This document shows, piece after piece, positions 18,439-28,174 of a DNA stretch of 57,168 nucleotides. The stretch comes from a virus. Lineage: Duplodnaviria; Heunggongvirae; Uroviricota; Caudoviricetes. Numbering within the stretch: the first letter of the stretch is position 1; every line of letters begins with the position of its first letter. The DNA is taken from the IMG/VR virus record IMGVR_UViG_2537561944_000042; one strand, written 5' to 3'. The notes under the pieces are model-generated. The model ran no database searches. It was not told the origin of the DNA and worked only from the letters and a program-made list of their open reading frames with translations. The translations under genes and the position numbers were made by a program.

Positions 18439-18535
18439 TATTAGCTCCTTCTGATGCCATTCTATTTCAGGAAGGAGTGTCCGTTAAACTCAGGCTACCT
18501 CACCTCAGCATAAAGAGGCTTTTTTGTAGAAATGG

Positions 18536-19153
18536 TCATCGTAAAACATCCTCCGCACTTACCAGTCCGTTTCGCAAAAGATAATCCATCGCCCTATCAG
18601 GTAATTTGCAATCAGGTTTTGCTTTTTTCAGTTGGCTGACCAATTGTTTAACCAGCATTGTTAATTCGATCACCTGGTAGCGCGGCAATGGTGAATTATC
18701 GGATTTGCCCTGACTGTCATCACTGCATGAATGCCCTTCCAGCCAGGCCAATGCTTGTCGCATGAAATACGCAATATGTTTGCCGTGGTAATCGTCTTCA
18801 TCGATGTGAAAAGCGATACTGCGGATGTATTCTATTGCATTTTCAATGGCCTCCAACGCTATCGGCGCTGGCGGTGCGGTATAAAACTTCGTCCCCAGCG
18901 GCAACAACTTCATCGCTTTTTCTCCCTTAATGATGCGATAAGTTGATTTCCCGCCAAGGTCTACCGTTCCATCCATAACAAGGCCGAGTCGCTTCTCTGA
19001 AACCTCACCAATAGGCTCTGCTTCCAGCGATGCCAGAGCAATTCGTGCCAGTTCTTCCGCTTCTTCTGCTGGCAGTACAACGTTGCTACCAGGTCCGTAT
19101 GTTTCGCGCCACTGCTTGATTGTCAGTAGTCGCTCTTTGGTAATAGTGGTCAT
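18536..19153 (-). CDS. hypothetical phage early protein
   Basis: 205-aa ORF in early-left operon. Confidence 0.5.
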   Translation of the reverse strand: MTTITKERLLTIKQWRETYGPGSNVVLPAEEAEELARIALASLEAEPIGEVSEKRLGLVMDGTVDLGGKSTYRIIKGEKAMKLLPLGTKFYTAPPAPIALEAIENAIEYIRSIAFHIDEDDYHGKHIAYFMRQALAWLEGHSCSDDSQGKSDNSPLPRYQVIELTMLVKQLVSQLKKAKPDCKLPDRAMDYLLRNGLVSAEDVLR

Positions 19154-19346
19154 GGGTTATCCTCTTAGCGCCACAACGCGCACTTCTGGGTCAAAAGATG
19201 GTGCATTCTCATCTGTAACATCAGCAACATGACCTACAAAGTCGTTATACTCACCCTCTGATTGGTCATAGCCCTGCCAGACCACGACAGCCTCAGGAGG
19301 CATTTTTCTGAGCTTGCTGATTAACTGCCTAACCGTCAGCGACATC

Positions 19347-20048
19347 TCACTCTCCTTTGATGCGAATGCCAGTAGCGCGGATAGATTTCCATTGTTTCCA
19401 CATTCGGTTGAAGTCTGTGCCTGATAAGGTTGCGTTACGGTATCCAGTTTCGGTACGCAATCCTTCAAGCGTCGATTTGGAGATACAAATTGAATGCATT
19501 ACCCATGATTCAAACAAATCACGCTCCCGGGCTTCGCAACTTTGCTTACTCATCTCTTCGATACGTTCAGCCATCGCAGCACACTCTTCAAAGTTGCTTA
19601 ATGCTTTTCGCTCCCATTCGGCGCATTGTTTTCCAAGCTCTGCAATCAGCTTGTCTTTGCCTTCCAGCTCAACACGCAGTTTCCCTACCGTTAGCGCAAT
19701 ATCCTCGTTCTCCTGATCGCGGCGTTTGATGTATTGCTGGTTTCTTTCCAGTTCATCCAGTAATGCCAGCACAGTAGCCGGATTGGCTGCGGCGATGAAT
19801 TCAGCATTGGCCTGCTGTTCCATTTGGAAATCTTCATCGAAACCGCTTTCTGGATGTGCTCCTTCAATTCTGCAAATGGGAAGATATCCAACAACTTCAC
19901 GATGAATTAACGCATCATCACAATCAAATCGGCTCTCTCCATATTCGAGCGACCATACACCACACGTTGCTTTTTCTGCCTTGGCACGCAGTGCCTGATA
20001 GTCAATCAGGCTCACTGGTTGCCTCCTTTGCGAATCTGTTCCGCCCAT
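19347..20048 (-). CDS. hypothetical phage early protein (coiled-coil rich); start uncertain
   Basis: 233-aa ORF; overlaps a 103-aa ORF (19157..19468) in another frame. Confidence 0.4.
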   Translation of the reverse strand: MGGTDSQRRQPVSLIDYQALRAKAEKATCGVWSLEYGESRFDCDDALIHREVVGYLPICRIEGAHPESGFDEDFQMEQQANAEFIAAANPATVLALLDELERNQQYIKRRDQENEDIALTVGKLRVELEGKDKLIAELGKQCAEWERKALSNFEECAAMAERIEEMSKQSCEARERDLFESWVMHSICISKSTLEGLRTETGYRNATLSGTDFNRMWKQWKSIRATGIRIKGE

Positions 20049-20617
20049 TCTTCAAGGGATTTCTCCGCATATTCACCAGACAGGCCATCAATCGGATGCG
20101 GTTCATTAGCCAACTCTTCTTTCGCTGACAGAATCATGCGCGTAACATCGAAAACTTCACGTAAAGACTTATTGATAAATCCGTGGTTGAAAGCAGCAGC
20201 AAGACGGCTTGCGGCATAGTTAATACCCTCGTTGCGTGCTTCCGCACGTACTTCAGCCAGGAAAGCATCGGTGGCTGGGGTTTTGATTTCGTTAAGCGCA
20301 TCACTGAATAAACCACGCTCCATACCTAGCTCTGCTTCGTAATCGGCATCGAATGCAGCGTCTTTGCAGAACTTCTTCATCCCCGCACTCTCCGCTGCCA
20401 GCGCCGCGCACTTGGCCTCAAGGTTATCAATCGTGATTCCAGCAGAACGACACTCCCGCAACGCCGTTTCCAGTTTTGATTCAAGTTCACCGAACTTACG
20501 GACAAGATATTCAGCGTTTGTTTCGTTAACCTTTAGATCTCGTGGGATGCATTTACCTTTCAGAAAACCATCCATCTCAATTAGTGACATTTGTTTCATT
20601 TTTTCCCACTCCGCCAC
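20012..20617 (-). CDS. hypothetical phage early protein
   Basis: 201-aa ORF. Confidence 0.5.
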   Translation of the reverse strand: MAEWEKMKQMSLIEMDGFLKGKCIPRDLKVNETNAEYLVRKFGELESKLETALRECRSAGITIDNLEAKCAALAAESAGMKKFCKDAAFDADYEAELGMERGLFSDALNEIKTPATDAFLAEVRAEARNEGINYAASRLAAAFNHGFINKSLREVFDVTRMILSAKEELANEPHPIDGLSGEYAEKSLEEWAEQIRKGGNQ

Positions 20618-20770
20618 ATAGCATTCAGATATTTGTTGTCATTAACAGAACCGAAACTCTTTCTCTTAAGCAATTACTCTCTCGATGGCATTGGCTTTAC
20701 GCGTTGGCGAATAATCATTTCTGCCGGAAGAATGCCGGGATTGTATGCAAGTCCTCTCATGGTAAATTCC

Positions 20771-21064
20771 TCAGTCATTACTGATAGCGCCATAGCGTGA
20801 GCGGTAATTACGCAGGCGCGGGTCAATTTCAGGGAAGTGGGTATATGTGGCTTTGCGGAATGGTCGGATTGATGTCTGGTAAATTCGCTCGCGTTCTTCT
20901 TTCTCTGCAAGCCATATACAATGGCGAAATTCCTTTTCCTCTTTCGTTTCCTGCGGTAGCGACATTATCCGATCGTAGTTTTTTCTGAATTTATCCAGCA
21001 CCTCCGATACGGAATTGCCGGAACAGCGGCGTGGGTCATCCGCACCATACAGAGGCGCTGGCAT
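20771..21064 (-). CDS. hypothetical phage early protein (start set at internal ATG)
   Basis: Track ORF 20771..21184 overlaps the upstream gene; internal Met gives ~97 aa. Confidence 0.35.
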   Translation of the reverse strand: MPAPLYGADDPRRCSGNSVSEVLDKFRKNYDRIMSLPQETKEEKEFRHCIWLAEKEERERIYQTSIRPFRKATYTHFPEIDPRLRNYRSRYGAISND

Positions 21065-21086
21065 AATTAAATCCTTATTTTCTAAA

Positions 21087-21470
21087 TCAGAATGGGATGG
21101 AATCGTCGTATACAGGAGTGTTCTGCTGGTTACTACTTTGCTGCTGCGGGCCATTTCCTGAAGCTGCAAATCCAATCTTTGCATTCAGTAATTCAAGAGT
21201 GATTGATTGACCATTTTGCCCCTGATAAACATCAACCCTGATGTTTTCTCCGGTAATTTCCACAATGCCACCTTCAACAAGAACACTACGGTAGTAATCC
21301 GCTTGCGCTCCCGGCTTGGCAAATACAACGGCGCTGTAGTTTGTCCATTCTTTCTTTTTTGTCTGGCGATCGTAATACTGAACGCCAGCACGGATGTTGA
21401 ATCCGATATTTTCCCCGGCCTGAAACTCTCTTGCGGGCTTGTTTAGTCTTACAGTAATCGAATGTGCCAT
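21087..21470 (-). CDS. putative ssDNA-binding protein with acidic C-terminal DDSIPF tail
   Basis: ATG at 21470 overlaps the erf stop (TAATG); C-terminal ...PVYDDSIPF resembles the SSB tail. Confidence 0.5.
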   Translation of the reverse strand: MAHSITVRLNKPAREFQAGENIGFNIRAGVQYYDRQTKKKEWTNYSAVVFAKPGAQADYYRSVLVEGGIVEITGENIRVDVYQGQNGQSITLELLNAKIGFAASGNGPQQQSSNQQNTPVYDDSIPF

Positions 21471-22075
21471 TAAGCAGCAGCTCCTTCTAATTCGTCTCGT
21501 CTGATGTTGTAAACGTCCTGCGCTTTGTGCTGCTCCGGTGTGCCTTCGAGCATCTTCCACGCTTTGGCGAACGCCTGTTTAAGCTCTTCCACGGTGTTTT
21601 TCTGCAATGCTGCGTCAGTGAATGCTTTTAGAACCTGTTCAGGTGTAGGTGATGGTTTTGACTGCTTTGCTGCTGCGTTCTGCTGATGTTTATGCTCGTC
21701 GGTATCTGCATCTTTCGCATCATCAATGCCGAACAAACCATTGAGGCAATACTTGCGTGCATAAGAGCTTGTAGCTCCCGTAACTTGTGCAGAATCCATT
21801 CCTTTCTTGCTTTCTTCCTCTCGTGCAAGAGCGGTTGCCGTATGACTGTTTTCGCCATCGGTAATAGTTGCCGTGGCTTTCACATAATACCGATCACCAA
21901 TCAACACAACTTCATCGCTGATTGATAAAAACAGGCCATTCAGTAACGGCTTAACGCCTTCAAGAATGTCTTCGCAGCTTCTGTATTTATATTTACCGAA
22001 TGAGTTGTACTGATTCTTTGGCGCGTTCAAGTTCTCCTGAATAGCTGCCAGTCTTGCGTAAAAGTCTTTGCTCAT
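21470..22075 (-). CDS. erf: Erf-family single-strand annealing recombinase (P22 Erf-like)
   Basis: MSKDFYARLAAIQENLNAPKNQYNSFGKYKYRSCEDILEG... closely matches P22 Erf N-terminus as recalled; ATG at 22075. Confidence 0.85.
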   Translation of the reverse strand: MSKDFYARLAAIQENLNAPKNQYNSFGKYKYRSCEDILEGVKPLLNGLFLSISDEVVLIGDRYYVKATATITDGENSHTATALAREEESKKGMDSAQVTGATSSYARKYCLNGLFGIDDAKDADTDEHKHQQNAAAKQSKPSPTPEQVLKAFTDAALQKNTVEELKQAFAKAWKMLEGTPEQHKAQDVYNIRRDELEGAAA

Positions 22076-22164
22076 ATGTTTGTTCTCAGAATGGGCATGG
22101 CCCAAGGAAATAACGCTGATTTAATACTTCAGTCTTTGCCGCATTTAAAAATACGCGAACACCT

Positions 22165-22350
22165 TCACGATCTCCCTTCTGGCGATACATTAACGCCTGC
22201 TGCGTGTACATGCGTCTCTGTAACTTGCTCTCCTTCACTGTGGTTGCAAGTGACATGAATATCTCCTTCGTTACCGATTAATTCTTTCATCTGACGAATG
22301 AATTCTTCGTCTGACCAGTTATCTGTGAAACTCATTTCCTGCGATACCAC
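22165..22350 (-). CDS. hypothetical small early protein
   Basis: 61-aa ORF. Confidence 0.3.
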   Translation of the reverse strand: MVSQEMSFTDNWSDEEFIRQMKELIGNEGDIHVTCNHSEGEQVTETHVHAAGVNVSPEGRS

Positions 22351-22484
22351 GGAAGGTTGATAGCTGATTTCATCGCTTTATTTGCTTCAAGCCACATTTT
22401 TGAATCACCAATAAATCTGGCTATTACTGCTTTGTTTTGTGCCGCACGAAGCATCTGGTGATTAATGGCTATTTCATTGCGCAT
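22335..22484 (-). CDS. small early protein with FIGD motif (possible Kil-like); below the ORF-track size cutoff
   Basis: Hand-translated 49-aa ORF MRNEIAINHQMLRAAQNKAVIARFIGDSKMW...; assignment is weak. Confidence 0.25.
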
Positions 22485-22678
22485 AACGCCTCCAGTTGTT
22501 TCTTTGCTGCTCTAATTAATTGTTTAACTCGGCGTGATAATTCAGATTCGTGCGGGTAGAAAGCGGACATGACGCCGCTACCCGCGAGCTGAAAGTGCAT
22601 CATGGGTAACTCCTTATATTTGATTGCATAACGAAAACGCCTCGAGTGAAGCGTTATTGGTATGCGGTAAAGCCGCGC

Positions 22679-23044
22679 TTAGGCGGCTGATGTTTCTTCT
22701 TTCAGGCTTTCGAGATATTTACGTGGGTCGTCGTAACATTGGCATTCGCTGTACCAATCCACCCAGCGATCAGTAAGCCCCACCTCTGATAAATCTTCAT
22801 CGGTAAGGCTCTCATCCCACATCTCAAGGCCGTTAGCATTGCAGTAATCAGGCTTGATGTTGTTGTCATACTGAAAGGCGTCATAATCAGCCAGTGCGCC
22901 CATCAGGCGAACACCCTCTTCAACACTTGCCACTTCTGCAATGAACGGTTTCATAGGTACTTGCGGGATATGCCAGACACGTAATTTCATATTTCCTCCG
23001 TCAAAAAAATCGCCCTCACATTGGAGGGCAAAGAAGATTTCCAA
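22679..23044 (-). CDS. hypothetical phage early protein
   Basis: 121-aa ORF; likely start at internal MKLRVWHIPQ. Confidence 0.4.
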   Translation of the reverse strand: MEIFFALQCEGDFFDGGNMKLRVWHIPQVPMKPFIAEVASVEEGVRLMGALADYDAFQYDNNIKPDYCNANGLEMWDESLTDEDLSEVGLTDRWVDWYSECQCYDDPRKYLESLKEETSAA

Positions 23045-23133
23045 TAATCAGAACAAGTCGGCTCCTGTTTAGTTACGAGCGACATTGCTCCGTGTATTCA
23101 CTCGTTGGAATGAATACACAGTGCTTATTCGTA

Positions 23134-23604
23134 CTAATAAAATACCCAATTTTCTGTTTCTTGGTTGTGTCCAAAGTTATATTCAATATCTGGTGTTGAT
23201 GTATCAATATTTTTCATCCCATCAACAAGAGTTGATACAACAGCCAAATCTTGTTTTATTCTCATTAAATGGTATTTCTTCCGGCGCAATAAACTTTCAA
23301 TAGCAAGTTTCTTCGTTGGGAATGCAAAAGATCTTTCTGCATTTTTTGCTACTTTCTTAATTGCATATCTATTTCTCTTTTGTTTCCATTCCTGTAACCA
23401 CTGATTTGGTGCTGGTTTAAAATTAACAATCCAATGCGCAGGAACCAACCATGCATAATGCTCTGTCTGATGAAAAGCTATATATTGAAGTGCGAATATT
23501 TTGATTCCATCTTCTTCAACTGTCGCCTGGAATCTCCAGAAAACAGGCATTCCATCATGTTCAGTTTCTGATTCAGGAAAAGGTACGCTCCATGATTTTG
23601 TCAT
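23134..23604 (-). CDS. hypothetical protein (AT-rich moron-like gene)
   Basis: 156-aa ORF; AT-rich relative to neighbours. Confidence 0.45.
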   Translation of the reverse strand: MTKSWSVPFPESETEHDGMPVFWRFQATVEEDGIKIFALQYIAFHQTEHYAWLVPAHWIVNFKPAPNQWLQEWKQKRNRYAIKKVAKNAERSFAFPTKKLAIESLLRRKKYHLMRIKQDLAVVSTLVDGMKNIDTSTPDIEYNFGHNQETENWVFY

Positions 23605-23804
23605 ATCTCACCTCAAATAAGTGGTTTGCTGTCTAATTTCATTTTCTGGCGACCAACACAAGTCACACCCATTTCACTGCGTGGCTTGCGGTAGTAAAGA
23701 TTGTGCCTGTCTTTTAACCACATCAGGCTCGGTGGTTCTCGTGTACCCCTACAGCGAGAAAAATAGTAAAATCCTCTTACCCCTACAGTAAGAGAGTAAT
23801 TTAT

Positions 23805-24299
23805 ATGGATGTGTTATCTGGTATAACTGCCGCGAAACAGGCTTATGATCTGCTGAAGACAATAAAAGAAACCAGAGACGATGCTGTTATCGCTAAAGCT
23901 ATTGGTGATCTACACCAAAGAATAACTGACTTACAGATGCTTAATGCGGAGCTCTCTGGCCTTTATCAGGCCGAGAAGGAGATCGCAATGAAGCTTCGAG
24001 ATGAAAATAGAAAAATCAAGATGTTTGTTGTGCAAGCTGAGAATTATGAACTTCATACAACTGAAGGTGGTTCTGTCGTGTATCGACCTAAGAGTCATTC
24101 CGATCCTTCTATTCAGCAGCATAACCTTTGTGCACATTGCTTCGGCGAACATAAAATATCGATACTTCAACCAAGCACGGTTACTATAAAATCTAATGGG
24201 TTCTTTGTGCATTCATGTCCTCGCTGTAAGAATGAATACCGGATGTATAGAGCGCCAGACCCTAAGCCTGTATATGTACCGCCGCTGACAAATTATTAA
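23805..24299 (+). CDS. hypothetical protein with C-terminal zinc-ribbon-like CxxC...CxxC, encoded antisense to the early-left operon
   Basis: 164-aa ORF on the opposite strand; CAHCFGEH and CPRCKNE motifs; AT-rich. Confidence 0.5.
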   Translation: MDVLSGITAAKQAYDLLKTIKETRDDAVIAKAIGDLHQRITDLQMLNAELSGLYQAEKEIAMKLRDENRKIKMFVVQAENYELHTTEGGSVVYRPKSHSDPSIQQHNLCAHCFGEHKISILQPSTVTIKSNGFFVHSCPRCKNEYRMYRAPDPKPVYVPPLTNY

Positions 24300-24329
24300 T
24301 TTTATTCCTGAAATGGCCTCTTCACCCCC

Positions 24330-24776
24330 TTACTTTGTCAGGGGGATATCTCCTTCAGTTTTGACCATTCGCCTTAATACTTTCCTTAAGTCGATGTAAA
24401 GTTGAAGGTCTCCATTTGCTGCGGCATCAGCCATTTTTTGCCTGACAAGCAGTAATGTTTCATACGGCTCAATAAGAATATCGTCATGAGTAATTAGGTG
24501 AAGCGTTGCCGCATCAACTATTCCTAGAGCTGCGCCAAGTATCAAAAATTCCCTGCTATTTTTGTCGCATGAGGAGATAAGCGTATTTAGCGCATACCTA
24601 ATATTCTTTATAGCTGTTGTTAATGCTGCAATTTCTTCTATGGCGTCTTCTCCAATGAGCTTTTTAAGCTCATATTTTTCTTCCTGACCCATAATTACCT
24701 CGCCGTCAGTTGTTTTGATTTCCGGTAGCCTGCCGCGTAAATGGCTACGTTTGGCAGGCAAATACTTCCACTGCAT
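24330..24776 (-). CDS. hypothetical phage early protein
   Basis: 148-aa ORF. Confidence 0.45.
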   Translation of the reverse strand: MQWKYLPAKRSHLRGRLPEIKTTDGEVIMGQEEKYELKKLIGEDAIEEIAALTTAIKNIRYALNTLISSCDKNSREFLILGAALGIVDAATLHLITHDDILIEPYETLLLVRQKMADAAANGDLQLYIDLRKVLRRMVKTEGDIPLTK

Positions 24777-24967
24777 TCATCTGCCTTCTTGCAGCGAAGG
24801 CTTCCGAGTGATGCTGCTTTATCTGCTCTGACGCAACCAGAGAGCTTTAGCGCAATTTTTCGTGCCAATCGCTGTTCTTGCATTGCCTGTTCACGTTGAG
24901 CCTGTCTGCGTGCTCTGCGGCGATTTCTGGCGTTATCGTCAGCCAGATATGTAATGACTACTGTCAT
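24695..24967 (-). CDS. putative N-like antitermination protein (arginine-rich motif)
   Basis: 90-aa ORF beginning MTVVITYLADDNARNRRRARRQAQREQAM...; first gene leftward of the immunity region. Confidence 0.4.
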   Translation of the reverse strand: MTVVITYLADDNARNRRRARRQAQREQAMQEQRLARKIALKLSGCVRADKAASLGSLRCKKADECSGSICLPNVAIYAAGYRKSKQLTAR

Positions 24968-25400
24968 GTTGACCTCCGATGATTGACTTTGGCGGTGACG
25001 CGCCGCGTGCTTATCTTCCGGTTGCCGTCTTGCAGCTGCACTTCACGTCACCCCAAAGCCAACTACTCTTTGGTTCCCGCATTTCGGCGGGACAATCCCA
25101 TCAATGTTAAAGAGCCTGCCAATCTGTTCCGTTTGGCTTCCAGCGTCCTGCTGATGGCTTAAAGATAACTTAGGTTATAGGTGTGGTCAATAACCTAATT
25201 TATATTTTATGGTGAATAGGTTATAAGTGATGGATAACAAAGGTATTTTATTTTTGTAAATGTTGCTGATTGATTGGTGTTTGAGGGCTTGCGTGCGGGG
25301 TGAAGGTGTTACCTTTGGCTTGATGCTTGTCTATGATGAGGATGGTTGATTGGGTGGTGAACGGCAGGAAAAGAAAACCCGGCGCTGAGGCCGGGTGTTT

Positions 25401-25697
25401 TTAGTCTTTTCTTTTGCTTAGCATTTCGTCGATTTCTAAGTCAATACGATATTGATCTATTGCTTTTCTCTCGTTTGGGGTTGGTATTTTATACTGTTCA
25501 ATTAGATCTGTTGTGTATTTTATTTCATCTAATGTGATTTTTATATCAGAGAGAATCTCTTTTATATCAATTATATGCTCTTCTTCTTTTGCACGATTAG
25601 AGCTATGTTCAATCATTTGAGATAGCTTTTTACTAATGCTTAGCAAAACAAAAAGAATGATGACCAAAACAACAACAAAAACTATCAGAAATTCCAT
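25401..25697 (-). CDS. small single-pass membrane protein in the rex/sieB position between N and repressor
   Basis: 98-aa ORF; N-terminal TM helix FLIVFVVVLVIILFVLLSI; very AT-rich. Confidence 0.5.
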   Translation of the reverse strand: MEFLIVFVVVLVIILFVLLSISKKLSQMIEHSSNRAKEEEHIIDIKEILSDIKITLDEIKYTTDLIEQYKIPTPNERKAIDQYRIDLEIDEMLSKRKD

Positions 25698-25737
25698 TAT
25701 CCCTCCGCACTTCCGTAAGTCTTCTTCTGATTATCGG

Positions 25738-26445
25738 TTACCAACTATGAGACGACCAGAATACTCTGCCAATAATCCTTACGGTTTCATGAAATTCATC
25801 TCTATCCATTACTTCATCCGGGTACTCTTCGCGATTTATTGATCTGATTATCACCGATGTAGGGGTGGCGATTAATGTTTTTACTCGTAACAAATCAGAC
25901 TGGCAAATAGCGTAGGTTTTACCATCTCTGATTGTGGTATCTTGCGTGTTAACACCAACAACATCGCCATCGTGAAGCGTTGGTTCCATGCTTTGCCCTA
26001 CAACCCTAACTAGCTTGGCTGATCTTTCAGATACTCCCATCTTTTTCAGATAGTGCTTTCTGAAAACCAAAGAGAACTCCGATGATTCCTCTAGCTCGCA
26101 GCTACCGCTTCCAGCTGAAAGCGAAACGTTAAGAAGAGGCAACGCAACAAACTCGTCATCGTTTCTTTTAATGTCTTCCCATACCACAGCTTTTAAAGAT
26201 GAATCACGGACATTGGATGGTTCTTCATGTGCACCATCCCTCATTTCACCAATACCAGAACTAAGCCATTCAGGGCGCACTTTTAAAGCATTGGCTAATT
26301 CAACCATCTTGCGAGATCCGTTTGTTTTACCGGACGACATCTTCTGTATGGCTGGCTGAGATATTCCAACCATGTCAGCAAGCTGTGATTGTGATACCCC
26401 TGCTGAGCTCATGGCTGCATTTAGTCTTTCTGCGAATGTTTTCAT
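25738..26445 (-). CDS. CI-like phage repressor (HTH_XRE plus LexA/S24 peptidase domain)
   Basis: HTH LADMVGISQPAIQKM; S24 motif GQSMEPTLHDGDVV; ATG at 26445 (track start at 26475 is TTG); divergent to cro. Confidence 0.85.
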   Translation of the reverse strand: MKTFAERLNAAMSSAGVSQSQLADMVGISQPAIQKMSSGKTNGSRKMVELANALKVRPEWLSSGIGEMRDGAHEEPSNVRDSSLKAVVWEDIKRNDDEFVALPLLNVSLSAGSGSCELEESSEFSLVFRKHYLKKMGVSERSAKLVRVVGQSMEPTLHDGDVVGVNTQDTTIRDGKTYAICQSDLLRVKTLIATPTSVIIRSINREEYPDEVMDRDEFHETVRIIGRVFWSSHSW

Positions 26446-26556
26446 ACCCACAAATCTATAACTACGGTTATCCAAAGTAAAATAACAAAGGTTATTGCTA
26501 TTTTTTATAACTTGAGTTATCTTTGGTTATAAGTAATGACCACAAGAGGTATGCTC
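26446..26556. promoter_or_regulatory. repressor-cro intergenic operator/promoter region (OR-like)
   Basis: Divergent cI and cro starts; repeated TTAT(N)CCAAAG / CTTTGGTTAT half-site-like motifs. Confidence 0.4.
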
Positions 26557-26781
26557 ATGAATTTAGTAATTCAACGAGCCTTGAAAATTGTCGGTAGCCA
26601 AAAGCGCCTTGCCGACAAGTGTGGTGTAACGCAGCCAGCAGTACACAAATGGCTGAAAGGCGGGTTGGTCTCTCCAGAGAAAGTTACCGCCATCGTTAAC
26701 GCCACTGGAGGGCAGATCAAGGCTTACGAAATTCGCCCCGATTTGCCACACCTGTTTCCAAAACCGAATCAGGCAGCATAA
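26557..26781 (+). CDS. Cro-like HTH regulator
   Basis: 74 aa from ATG at 26557 (AAGAGG RBS 6 nt upstream); HTH KRLADKCGVTQPAVHKW. Confidence 0.7.
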   Translation: MNLVIQRALKIVGSQKRLADKCGVTQPAVHKWLKGGLVSPEKVTAIVNATGGQIKAYEIRPDLPHLFPKPNQAA

Positions 26782-26890
26782 GTAACACCGCTCTTTAACA
26801 GTCATGGTCCTCATTCCCGCCGAAATGCGGGAATACAACGCGCATAAGTTGATGCGCATAACTTCTTATTTGTTAAGGAAATACTTACAT

Positions 26891-27169
26891 ATGGAACTTA
26901 CAAGTACTCGCAAGAAAGCGAATGCAATTACAAGCAACATCCTGAATCGAATTGCTGTACGTGGTCAGCGAAAGGTTGCTGATGCATTAGGGATCAATGA
27001 ATCGCAAATTTCGCGATGGAAAGACAGCTTTATCCCAAAGATGGCCATGCTTCTGGCTGTGCTGGAGTGGGGTGTTGAAGACGAGGAATTAGCGGAGCTG
27101 GCAAAGAAAGTAGCCATGGTGCTGACAAAAGAAAAGCCTCAAGACTGCGGCAACAGTTTTGAGGCCTGA
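26891..27169 (+). CDS. cII: CII-like transcriptional activator
   Basis: 92 aa from ATG at 26891; ...GINESQISRWKDSFIPKMAMLLAVLEWGVEDEE... closely parallels lambda CII as recalled. Confidence 0.8.
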   Translation: MELTSTRKKANAITSNILNRIAVRGQRKVADALGINESQISRWKDSFIPKMAMLLAVLEWGVEDEELAELAKKVAMVLTKEKPQDCGNSFEA

Positions 27170-27352
27170 TTGTAGAAAGACTGTATCAATCCACAGGAGT
27201 AATTATGACAAAACGTCGTAAGAAATACCAGGAAAAAGAAGAGATTCGACACCCTGATTCACCTGAGGGATTAGTGGTAGCCGCAGCAAATAACAGGGCG
27301 TTCGCAGAGCGCCTTGTTGGTGTTTACAGACTAGCCAAAGCAGGAGTGAAAC

Positions 27353-28174
27353 ATGGGCGTCGTTAAGTTAGCTGATTACAGGCCTCAACTGGAGGTCGTG
27401 GAGCATCGCGTGGCAGATACCGAAGATGGTTTCATGCGCGTTGCTAACGAGATTATCGACAGTCTGCTGATGGCTGATTTAACCGTCCGGCAGATGAAGG
27501 TGATGCTCGCTATCATGCGCAAGACATACGGATTCAATAAGCCGATGGATCGACTCACAAACACGCAGATAGCAGCCATGACAGGTATTCATCACACTCA
27601 TGTTTGCGCTGCCAAGCGCCAGCTTATTGAGCGTAAATTCCTCATTGCTGATGGCGTGAAAATCGGAGTGAACAAGGTGGTTTCTCAGTGGATTAGCCAG
27701 GACAGCTTAACATTAGCTAAAACAGCTAATAAAACATTAGCCGAGTCGGCTAATGGGTATAAGCCAAGTCAGCTAAACACAAAAGACAATATACAAAAGA
27801 CAATAAATACAAATACCCCCTTACCCCCTAACGGGGGCGGCGATGGGCAGGTTAAACCTGAACGTCGCAAGGCAGAACGAATCGACTACGAATCCTTCCT
27901 GAACGCCTACAACACCGAAGTCGGTGACAGACTTCCACACGCTGTTGCGGTCAACGAGAAACGAAAACGCCGCCTGAAGAAAATCATCCCGCAACTGAAA
28001 ACGCCAAACGTGGACGGTTTCAGAGCGTATGTCAGGGCGTTTGTGCATCAGGCCAAGCCGTTTTACTTCGGAGACAACGACACGGGCTGGACGGCAGATT
28101 TTGATTACCTGCTGAGGGAAGACTCGTTAACGGGAGTTCGGGAAGGGAAGTTTGCAGACAGGGGGATTGCATGA
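27353..28174 (+). CDS. replication initiator, lambda O-like N-terminal domain
   Basis: 273-aa [35 protein letters not shown] resembles the lambda O N-terminal domain; iterons inside the gene. Confidence 0.8.
   Translation: MGVVKLADYRPQLEVVEHRVADTEDGFMRVANEIIDSLLMADLTVRQMKVMLAIMRKTYGFNKPMDRLTNTQIAAMTGIHHTHVCAAKRQLIERKFLIADGVKIGVNKVVSQWISQDSLTLAKTANKTLAESANGYKPSQLNTKDNIQKTINTNTPLPPNGGGDGQVKPERRKAERIDYESFLNAYNTEVGDRLPHAVAVNEKRKRRLKKIIPQLKTPNVDGFRAYVRAFVHQAKPFYFGDNDTGWTADFDYLLREDSLTGVREGKFADRGIA
27691..27815. repeat. candidate replication origin: iteron-like TTAGC/AGCTAA repeats followed by an AT-rich tract, inside the O-like gene
   Basis: At least five ATTAGC[CT]/CAGCTAA-type repeats 27691..27780, then AAAAGACAATATACAAAAGACAATAAATACAAAT. 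Confidence 0.5.

Larger units (their letters stand above)
17239..18507 (-). mobile_element. IS3-family insertion sequence (IS600-like, ~1.27 kb) inserted in the prophage early-left region
   Basis: Imperfect terminal inverted repeats beginning TGAGGTG (17239) and ending CACCTCA (18507), both containing CGGACACT; orfA plus orfB. Confidence 0.75.

Noticed and set aside
19157-19468. 103-aa ORF overlapping the 3' part of ORF 19347..20048
   Set aside because: The overlap of ~120 nt in a different frame means only one is likely real at this end; kept as unresolved rather than annotated.
27204-27369. Small basic ORF (~55 aa, MTKRRKKYQEKEE...) between cII and the O-like gene
   Set aside because: Below the size cutoff and overlapping the O start region; too little evidence to call.
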